A DNA stretch of 59,062 nt from Octopus bimaculoides. Lineage: Eukaryota. The first letter of the stretch is position 1. Each line of letters begins with the position of its first letter. The DNA lies in contig NC_068986.1 of NCBI RefSeq assembly GCF_001194135.2, positions 21,407,030 through 21,466,091 of the forward strand, given 5' to 3'. Positions 48,846-59,062 of the stretch are shown here, piece after piece. The position numbers and the translations under genes are program-made. The notes beneath the pieces are model-generated. The model was not told the origin of the DNA. It did no database searches and was given only the letters and a program-made list of their open reading frames with translations.

Positions 48846-50409
48846 NNNNNNNNNNNNNNNNNNNNNNNNNNNNNNNNNNNNNNNNNNNNNNNNNNNNNNN
48901 NNNNNNNNNNNNNNNNNNNNNNNNNNNNNNNNNNNNNNNNNNNNNNNNNNNNNNNNNNNNNNNNNNNNNNNNNNNNNNNNNNNNNNNNNNNNNNNNNNNN
49001 NNNNNNNNNNNNNNNNNNNNNNNNNNNNNNNNNNNNNNNNNNNNNNNNNNNNNNNNNNNNNNNNNNNNNNNNNNNNNNNNNNNNNNNNNNNNNNNNNNNN
49101 NNNNNNNNNNNNNNNNNNNNNNNNNNNNNNNNNNNNNNNNNNNNNNNNNNNNNNNNNNNNNNNNNNNNNNNNNNNNNNNNNNNNNNNNNNNNNNNNNNNN
49201 NNNNNNNNNNNNNNNNNNNNNNNNNNNNNNNNNNNNNNNNNNNNNNNNNNNNNNNNNNNNNNNNNNNNNNNNNNNNNNNNNNNNNNNNNNNNNNNNNNNN
49301 NNNNNNNNNNNNNNNNNNNNNNNNNNNNNNNNNNNNNNNNNNNNNNNNNNNNNNNNNNNNNNNNNNNNNNNNNNNNNNNNNNNNNNNNNNNNNNNNNNNN
49401 NNNNNNNNNNNNNNNNNNNNNNNNNNNNNNNNNNNNNNNNNNNNNNNNNNNNNNNNNNNNNNNNNNNNNNNNNNNNNNNNNNNNNNNNNNNNNNNNNNNN
49501 NNNNNNNNNNNNNNNNNNNNNNNNNNNNNNNNNNNNNNNNNNNNNNNNNNNNNNNNNNNNNNNNNNNNNNNNNNNNNNNNNNNNNNNNNNNNNNNNNNNN
49601 NNNNNNNNNNNNNNNNNNNNNNNNNNNNNNNNNNNNNNNNNNNNNNNNNNNNNNNNNNNNNNNNNNNNNNNNNNNNNNNNNNNNNNNNNNNNNAGGCAAA
49701 GTTGACCTTGGCAGAATTTGAACTCAGAACGTATAGACGGACAAAATACCGCAAAGCATTTCGCCTAGCGTGCTAATGTTTCTTATTTCTTTACTGCCCA
49801 CAATGGGCTACACACAGAGGGGACAAACAAGGACAGACAAACGGATTAAGTCAACTATATCGACCCCAGTGCGTAACTGGTACTTATTTAATCGACCCTG
49901 AAAGGATGAAAGGCAAAGTCAACCTTGGCGGAATTTGAACTCAGAACGTAGCGGCAGACGAAATACTGCTAAGCATTTCGCCCAGCATGCTAATGTTTCT
50001 GCCAGCTCGACACCTTATTGAAGCAAACAATATTGCTAGCATGACAATGATGCTCATTTATAACCATCATCATCATTATCGTCACCTTTGTCATTTAAGG
50101 TTCATTTTCCATGATAGCATGGGTCGGACGGTTTGACGGGAGCTGGTGAGCTAGAGAGCTGCACCAGGATCCACTTGTCTGCTTTGGCATGGTTTCTATG
50201 GCTGGATGCCAACCACTTTACAGAGTGTACTGGGTGTTTTTTTGGTGGTACCAGCACCACTGCTTTTTAAGTGGCACCAGCAGAACACAAAGACAGACGA
50301 AATGCCGCTAAGCATTTCGCCTGACATGTTAACGTTTCTACCAGCTCACTGCCTTAATACAGAGAATATTAAAATGTTTTAAAAACAACACCATTTCTCA
50401 GCATGACAT

Positions 50410-50993
50410 TACGAGCGGGATCACTGCCAGAGCAGCAGTCTCGCTCCTGTGCCAATGGCATGTAAAAAGCACCATTTGAGTGCGATTGTTTCCAGCTTCG
50501 CCTTACTGGCACTTGTGCTGGTGGCATGTGAACAAAACATTGGACTGACTCCCGTGCAGGTGGCACATAAAAAACACTATTTTGAGCGTGGCCATTGCCA
50601 GTACCGCCAGACTGGCCCTCGTGCCAGTGGCACGTAAAAAGCACCCACTACACTCTCGAAGTGGTGAGCATTAGGAAGGGTATCCAGCTGTAGAAACTCT
50701 GCCAAATCAGATTGGAGTCTGGTGTAGCCATCCGCTTCGCCAGTCCCCAGTCAAATCATCCAACCCATGCTAGCATGGAAAGCAGACGTTAAATGATGAT
50801 GATGATGAAACCAAATAAAAATAATTTTGGCTGTGTGGTAAGTAGCTTGCTTACCAACCACATGGTTCTGGGTTCAGTCCCACTGCGTAGTGCTTTAGGC
50901 AAGTGTCTTCTACTATAACCTTGGGCCGACCAAAGCCCTGTGAGTCGATTTGGTAACGGAAACTGAAAGAAGCCCGTCGTATATATGTATATA

Positions 50994-51044
<51 letters not shown>

Positions 51045-51265
51045 ATGTGTTTGCGTGTCTGTGTTTGCCCCCCCAACATCGCTTGACAACCGATGGTGGT
51101 GTGTTTACATCTCCGTAACTTAGCAGTTCGGCAAAAAGCAACCGATAGAATAAGTACTAGGCTTCCAAAGAATAAGTCCTGGGAGTTGATTTACTCGACT
51201 AAAGGCAATGCTCCAGCATGGCCGCAGTCAAATGACTGAAACAAGTAAAAGAGAGTAAAAGAGTA
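50410..51265 (+). mobile_element. Family C copy (50410-50810) followed by a family A SINE (50829-51265)
   Basis: Repeated (g)ccagtg.ca(t/c)gtaaaaagcacc units and a (GAT)n tail, then a family A body ending gaaacaagtaaaagag. Confidence 0.85.
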
Positions 51266-52649
51266 ATATTTTAAACATGAAAACATTAAAAGTGCCTCGT
51301 TGATGTATTGGTTCAAACTTTTTCTCAGTAATATCACCAAAACCCTGTATTAACTGCTGCTATTTATGAAATTGGTGTCATATTTTTTGCCACTTCAGTT
51401 TGATGTTTTAGTCTGTTTTAGCCTGTGTTGGCTTCACTTGATGACATATTTCTCAGCTGTTAGCAAAATAATTTACTTCTAAATTGACCTGGACCATTAC
51501 CTCACACTTCCTTTTATTTTTTTTTTTTCAAAGTTTGTTATTTTCTTTTTGTTTTTCTGCTTTGCATTTTTCTGGTTTGTGTTTTTTTATTTTATTTTAT
51601 TTTTCTTCCACCCACTTCTTTCCAGAATTAATGCTAATGTTATCACTGAAGCAGAAGCAGAATCGTCATCGTCATCATCGTCATCGTTGTCATCTTTATT
51701 GACTTCACTACCAGCACCACCACCACCAACAACAACAACAACATCATCATCACCATCATTATCACCACCACCACTACCATTGCCATCATCATCTTTTTAC
51801 TCATCATCTTCACCACCACCACCACAACCAACAGCAACAACATCATCATCATCACTATCACCACCAATAACAACATCATCCTTTTCATCACCCTCCTTAT
51901 CACCACCACCACTACACCATCACCACCATCAACACCACCATCCTTTTCCTTTGGCAAAAGAGACCGAAAGAATAAGTACTAGGCTTACAAAGAATAAGTG
52001 TCCTGGGATCAATTTGTTCAACTAAAGGGTGGTGCTCCAGCATGGCCACAGTCAAATAACTAAAACATGTAAAAGAATACCAAGCAAAATGTTTAGCTGC
52101 CTTTTGTCCGTTTTAAGTCCTGTTCTTTTGGGGTCGAGAGAATAAGTACCAGTTGAGCACTGGGGTTGATGTAATCAACTTAGCCCCTTCCCTTGAAATT
52201 GCTTGTGCCAAAATTTGAAACCAATAATTAAAGCAAGAAGTTTGTATCATAGAACCAGGGGTGCTTTCAGGGTGCTTTGAATCGAAAGGGTTAGAAAATA
52301 GAGACGTGCATTGAATAATGAAGTTTGAGATATATGAAGATTGAAAAAAGAAAAGGGTAGATGGGCTGCCTTTGAACATAAATCTACTTGATTAGAGCAG
52401 ACTTAGGGTTGAACAACAACATCAACATGAAATGCTTTCTTGGTTATGGTTAGAAATAATTTTCTACTAAAATTCATAGAATTTTGGATTGAATTACATG
52501 CATTGCTTACAGAAAAAGTCAGTACCCTATCAGGTCACACAAGACGTTATATCTCTGAGTACATCACAATTTATGTATATAAGACATCTGCTATACACAT
52601 ATGTTTATGTGTGTGTGCATATACATAAGAAATATATATATATATATAT

Positions 52650-52701
<52 letters not shown>

Positions 52702-54020
52702 ATGTATCACATAAGCTTTGTCATATTAAATTTCTGCCAACCCACAAGAAACCTAGCTTTGTTATGTTGGTTTGTTGATGCAAGAAGCAACTGTTGCACC
52801 TAAAAGCTTTGTTTTAGGTTTACTGTAACTCTTTTGATGCCAACCCGCCTGGTTATGCGAGACAAGTTCCACTTTACCCCTTTTGTTATTGTATTTATTT
52901 TGAGATGCTCTGTGTTTCTTTCAATTATTTTAAATATAACAAAGAATTTAGTAAAATAACTTATCATTAAAATAAGTAAAATACGTTATCATTCAGCTAG
53001 CGTTAGGAACATAAATTGTGACTGAGGTTTAGTGGAAGATTTCCACAGCTGTCCCCTAAAAAGTAATAGATATTAGACTGATGCTATTTCTGTTCACAAA
53101 AGATCAGACAGTTGATTCTGTTTATTGCATAAGTGTGGGACATGTTTGTACTAAAATCTATATTTTAATCAATAGGTGTAAGCATCACTAACAAATTCAT
53201 TTTCCAGTTGTGTGGTTATGGATTCAGTCCCACTGTGTAGCACCTGTAGTTTTCAACAATAGCATCAGGCTGCTCAAAGCTTTGAGCATCAACATACAAC
53301 AGGCTGAAAGGAGCCCATTGCATATATATTATACATATGCACACACACACACACCTTGGCCAAGTGTCTTAACTATAGCCCTGTGTGGGGGGTGGCAACT
53401 ATAGCCATGTGATCTGATTGACAAGTGTGTCTGTGTCTGTGTTAGTGTCGCATAAAAAGCACCCAGTACCCTCTGTAAAGTGATTGGCATTAGGAAAGGG
53501 CATGCAACCATAGAAACGATACCAAAACAGACAATTAGAGTCTGGTGCAGCTTCTGTCAAACTGTCCAACCCTCGCTGGCATGGAAAACAGACGTTAAAT
53601 GATGATAATGGTGATGATGATGATGGTGATGATGATCATGATGACAACGATAATATATATATATATATACTGAGAGAGAGAGGGAGATAGATAGATAGAT
53701 AGATAGATACATACATACATACATACATACATACATACATACATACATGTGTATGTGTATGTTAGTATGTACCCTTCTCTTGACATTACGTAATGGTTGC
53801 AAAGGAGCATCATCGTCCTTCAAACAGTGTTGTTCATCTCCAGTCATCTGTAAAAACATGTCTGGCCATGGAGAAATATTACCTGGCCTGGAAACAGACG
53901 AAGGTTGGTGACAAGAAGGACATCTAACCATTGAAAATCTGCCTCAATGAATCTACTTGAGTCAGGCAAGCATGGAAAAACTGGCATTAAAATGATGACA
54001 ACATTTTTGGGAAAAAGAAA

Positions 54021-54442
54021 CATAGGCGCAGGAGTGGCTGTGTGGTAAGTAGCTTGGTAAGTAAGGCAGCGAGCTGGCAGAAACGTTAGCACGCTGGGCG
54101 AAATGCTTAGTGGTATTTTGTCTGTCGTTACATTCTGAGTTCAAATTCCACCAAGGTCGACTTTGCCTTTCATCCTTTCGGGGTCAATAAATTAAGTACC
54201 AGTTACGCACTGGGGTCGATATAATCAACTTAATCCATTTGTCTGTCCTTGTTTGTCCCCTTTATGTTTAGCCCCTTGTGGGCAGTAAAGAAATAAGTAA
54301 CTTGCTTACCAACCACATGATTCCAGGTTCAGTTTCACTGTATGGCACCTTGGGCAAGTGCCTTTTACTATAGCCATGAGCCGACCAAAGCCTTGTTAGT
54401 GGATTTGGTAGATGGAAACTGAAAGAAAGCCATCATATGTGT

Positions 54443-54483
<41 letters not shown>

Positions 54484-54670
54484 TTGTCCCCACCCCCCCA
54501 CCATCACTTGACAACCGAGGCTGGTCTGTTTATGCCCCCGTAACTTAGCAAAAGAGACCAATAGAATAAGTAATAGGCCTACAAAGAATAAGTCTTAGGG
54601 TCAATTTTCTTGACCAAAGGCAGTGCTCCAGCATGGTCGTAGTCACATGACTGAAACAGGTAAAAGACTA
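54021..54670 (+). mobile_element. Family A SINE with a family B2 SINE inserted in its head (54057-54293)
   Basis: TSD taagta(g/a)cttg at 54046-54056 and 54294-54304. Confidence 0.85.
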
Positions 54671-55119
54671 AAAGAATCAATGAATTAAAGTTACAAATGT
54701 ATCATTGAAACGAAAGAGTGTTTAAAAAGTAATGATATGGAAGAATGCAAATTCTTTGAACAGAAACCATAGAATAAAACTTGACAAATAAAACTAATAT
54801 CTCTATGTCATATTAACATAAAGCAAACATGCTTCTTATTTACATAGATCTGTTAGGCCTTATTTTCATACAAGAGGCTGTGTAAAAACCAATCCCTTTA
54901 ATTTTACTTCAACAATATTTTTATGTCAAGTGGATGTCAGAATTAAATGATAACTATGTCCTGTTTTTGTTCTTCATCTTAATGATGGGATGGTAAATAC
55001 AGGATACATGAAACGTAAATGAAATGGTCTTTTGTTTCATAAACATTTAATTTTGAGCCGTTACTTCATTGTCTGGAAAAATTGGACTGTATTTAAAATT
55101 TCCTTTTTATTCGTTGAGA

Positions 55120-55177
55120 GGGTTGATGGTGTTGGTGTTGGTGGTATTGTTGATGCTGTTGGTGTTGGTGGTGGTGG

Positions 55178-55238
<61 letters not shown>

Positions 55239-55500
55239 GAAGTGGTTATCTTAAATTGAAGCAACTGAAATAATATCCTTTGTAAATTGGAGTCTACTTG
55301 GGAGAGTCCTTTCGTCATCAATGTCATGGTCATCATTGTTGTTGTGGTCATCATCATCGTCGTTGTTATCATCATCATCATCATCATTGTCATCATCATT
55401 GTCATCATCATCATCATTGTCATCATCATCATCATCATCATCATCACCACCACCACCACTTTTATCATCACCACCCACATAGCCATCACAATCAACATTA

Positions 55501-55581
<81 letters not shown>

Positions 55582-55635
55582 TATCATCATCATTACCATA
55601 ATCACCACTACCATGTGTGTGTGTGTGTGTGTGTG
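55120..55635. repeat. Compound trinucleotide microsatellites (GTT/GGT, CAT/CAC) plus (GT)n
   Basis: Directly visible; source of the poly-D/H/I/M ORFs. Confidence 0.95.
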
Positions 55636-56392
55636 GTGAGCTTCTTTCAATTTCTATCAAGCAAATCCATTTACAAAGTTTTGATTGGCCCAGGACTAGG
55701 ACTATCGAAAAGAATACAGTCGCTCAAGATACCACACAGCGGGACTGAACCCGAGACCGCATGGTCAGGAAGGTAACTTCTTAACCACACAACCATGCCT
55801 GTCGACACATGCGAAGACAAAACACAACAAATGAAAATTTACCACCAGGCTGTTTGAAATCCCTTTACTTGTTTGCATATTCAGCGATAGCAAAGAATGC
55901 CTTGTATTGTATTTCTTTGTTATTTGAGAATGAGCCAAGAGTCTATATTATTAACATCTATATAATTTGAAGCTGCTTGCAGTTTGAAAGGAATGTTTAA
56001 GGTAAAGTGTTTTTTTGAAACGAGGTCAGGCTCCCTGTTGCAGCAGCAATCAAAGTAGCTGGTTGATTTGGTTCCAAGTGTATGAAGAATTGTAAACACT
56101 AAGGTTTCAATGTAGAAGCAAAAAATGGAAGTGCATGGCCCTGTGGTTAGGGCAGCATTTCCCAACCAGAGTTGGCTGGAACCCTAGGGTTCTGCAAGAA
56201 AGAGTGAGATAAGCTAATGCTAATTTCATGATCGTAATGTTACTTTACATGCACGACATATTATTGGTTATTGTAATATTGTAATATAGGCATCATCCTA
56301 TCTAACCTTTTATGTTATCAAAAAATATATCAATGAATAAAAGAATAACACAGACAAGGCTACATAACACACACACACATTTATATATACAT

Positions 56393-56477
<85 letters not shown>

Positions 56478-56579
56478 TGCATACACACAAACACACACAA
56501 ACACACACACACACGCACACAAACACACACACACACGCACACAAACGCACACAAACACACACACGCACACACACGCACA

Positions 56580-56627
<48 letters not shown>

Positions 56628-56878
56628 TGAGCAGTATAAGATATGTATTCAGATAATCATGCAGCTATCACAGATGACAGTAAGCTCTTCTTATCAGTCT
56701 CCAAATTAATCAATTATAACGAAGTGTAACGTAGAGTGTCCATGTAATTGAAAATCCAGAAGACCCGGTCGACAAAGTTATTTCACAAGGAGCATATAAA
56801 ATCTATGCAAGTCATGTGGTTAAATAAATATATATATTCACCTCTCGTACCTCTTGACCTCCTGTCTCTATGGTTTTA

Positions 56879-56913
<35 letters not shown>

Positions 56914-56916
<3 letters not shown>

Positions 56917-57185
56917 GGTACATGGCCTGGTGGTTAGAGTGTCGGACTGACAATCACTTGATCAGCATGTTGTGTTCTTGAGCAAAACACTTCATTTCAC
57001 ACAGCTCCAGTCCACTGAGCTGTAAATGGGTAACCCAGCAACAATGTGGCCTTCCCACCAGGGGTGAATGTTGACCTGTTCATCTAGCCAGCAAGGCGGC
57101 ATCATTCAAAAACTAAAGCGATGCAAAGTGCATTGTGACAAGTGATGTATAACAATAACTGATAGTCTGGTCAGTCATGTGATCA
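56914..57185 (+). mobile_element. tRNA-headed SINE with CORE-like segment (family G), internally deleted
   Basis: atggcctggtggttagagtgtcggac head; ttgtgttcttgagcaaaacactt...ctccagtccactgagctgtaaatgggta. Confidence 0.7.
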
Positions 57186-57267
57186 TATGGTATATTATTA
57201 TCATCATCATTGTCGTTTAACGTCCGTTTTCGATGCTGGTATGGGTTGGACGGTTTGACTGAGGTCT

Positions 57268-57865
57268 CTTTTACTCTTTTACTTGTTTCAGTCATTTGAC
57301 TATGACCATGCTGGAGCACTGCCTTTAGTCGAGCAAATCGACCCCAGGACTTATTCTTTGTAAGCCTAGTACTTATTCTGTCGGTCTCTTTTGCCAAACC
57401 GCTAAGTTACAGGGACATAAACACACCAGCATCGGTTGTCAAGCGATGTTGGGAGACAAACACAGACACACAAACATATACACACACATACATATATATA
57501 TGTATATACATATATACGGTGGGCTTCTTTCAGTTTCTGTCTAACAAATCCACTCACAAGGCTTTGGTCGGCCTGAGGCTATAGTAGAAGACACTTGCCC
57601 AAGGTGCCACGCAGTGGGACTGAACCNNNNNNNNNNNNNNNNNNNNNNNNNNNNNNNNNNNNNNNNATATATATCTATATATGTATGTATGTATATACAT
57701 ATATACGGTGGGCTTCTTTCAGTTTCTGTCTAACAAATCCACTCACAAGGCTTTGGTCGGCCTGAGGCTATAGTAGAAGACACTTGCCCAAGGTGCCACG
57801 CAGTGGGACTGAACCTGGAACCATGTGGTTGGTAAGCAAGCTACTTACCACACAACCACTCCTAT
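57268..57865 (-). mobile_element. SINE family A spanning a gap, with a duplicated segment
   Basis: About 120 nt (57506-57626) is repeated identically after the gap at 57627-57666. Confidence 0.85.
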
Positions 57866-58224
57866 GCCTGTTTCTTTTTTTTTTCAATATGTGATCGCGT
57901 GTGTATCGTTGGCGATTTTCTTTCTCTGTCTTCCCCTCTTCCAGGTTTTTAGTATTGCAATGGCTAAGCTGCACTGTGAGGAATTGAAACTGGATGCCTT
58001 ATACCACTTATGTGTGTGTAAATCCAAGTGAAAAGATTAAAGCCTACAATTGCTAAGAATTTATGTACAACTGGATTAATTGAATCTTTTTTAAGTAAAT
58101 AAACTTAGTAAAGAATTAACCATTTTATTATCAGAATTCTGTTCAACAACTGCATTTGTTTCAATTAATTATGAAAATGGTGAAAAAAATTTTAATGTCT
58201 TTGTCATTATTAAGCTAGCATAAG

Positions 58225-58625
58225 GTACTGAGCTGGCAGAATTGTTAGTACGCCAAGCAAAATGCTTAGCAGTATTTTGTCTGTCTTTACATTCTAAGTT
58301 CAAATTCCACAGATGTTAACTTTGCCTTTTATCCTTTCGGGGTCGATAAATAAAGTACCAGTTGCATACTGGCGTTAATCTAATCGACTGGCTCCCTCCC
58401 CAAAAATTTCGGGCCTTGTGCCTAGAGGAGAAAAAAATTGTTAGCACACCAGGCGAAATGCTTACCAGTATTTCATTTGTCTTTACAATCTGAGTTCAAA
58501 TTAAGCTGAGGTTGACTTTACCTTTCGTCCTTTCAGGGTTAATAAAATAAGTACCAGTTGAGCACTGGGGTTTGATGTAATTGACTTACCCCCACCCCTG
58601 AAATTACTGGCCTTGTGCCAAAATC
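58225..58625 (+). mobile_element. Two tandem family B SINEs with different tails
   Basis: The first ends ggccttgtgcctagaggagaaaa and the second ggccttgtgccaaaatctgaaa. Confidence 0.85.
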
Positions 58626-59062
58626 TGAAATCATTATTAAACAAGCATCTAGAATATAAGTTAACTGGAAATTTTGATGCAATGTTTTTAATTCAGATCA
58701 TTTTTATACAGGAAGCTTGTGTTGTAGAAGCTTGGGTAGTCTCAGGTGGATTCATATCAAAAGTGTTTATATAGTTAGTTGCAGTTAGTATAACTCATTA
58801 TGATTTGCATAAGTTGCCAGGAGTAGTAGATTAACAAAGCTATTTGGTATTTATATTCTGTTAAGTTCAACTTTATTTTTCATCCTTTGGGTATTTTGAT
58901 CCAATATTAATTGATTTTACACAAACTCCTACAGAATTGGTTTTGTTTCCAGTCAAAAGAAACTACTATTTAAATAGAAGACATGGGAAGGGAAACAGTT
59001 CTAGAAGGTTTCTCCTTTTATTCTTTTTTCCATCTCTATTCAGTTTTATTTACCATTTCTAA

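Noticed and set aside
55869-55942. Possible minus-strand exon TLGSFSNNKEIQYKAFFAIAEYAN (AG...GTAAAG)
   Set aside because: Protein-like, but the acceptor lacks a pyrimidine tract and I cannot assign a family; needs RNA-seq.

Overview
AT-rich, repeat-dense eukaryotic DNA from a gapped draft assembly (9 N-gaps). The SINE and microsatellite landscape looks like an octopod cephalopod (my inference, not verified). Almost all ORFs in the supplied track are translated microsatellites, N-gaps or repeat antisense frames. The only host coding sequence I can support is two short minus-strand exons missing from the track (18989-19155 and 39856-40022). Each is a 167-nt first coding exon of an EFHD2/swiprosin-1-like EF-hand protein (ATG...FNPYTEFKEF...phase-2 GTAAGT donor), and they are 37/55 aa identical. 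No downstream EF-hand exons are visible after either copy, which suggests duplicated alternative first exons/promoters feeding one shared gene body beyond the window. The rest is several tRNA-headed SINE families, RTE and Penelope retroelement fragments, a decayed mariner, and hAT-, piggyBac- and Tc1-type MITEs and foldbacks. Top leads: (1) the twin EFHD2 first exons with a conserved 5' non-coding block, inside a CpG-retaining domain; (2) a tRNA-headed SINE-like element carrying a Penelope-type minimal hammerhead ribozyme motif (42106-42535); (3) modular/chimeric SINEs and nested foldbacks. Repeat boundaries are by eye and approximate unless TSDs are quoted.
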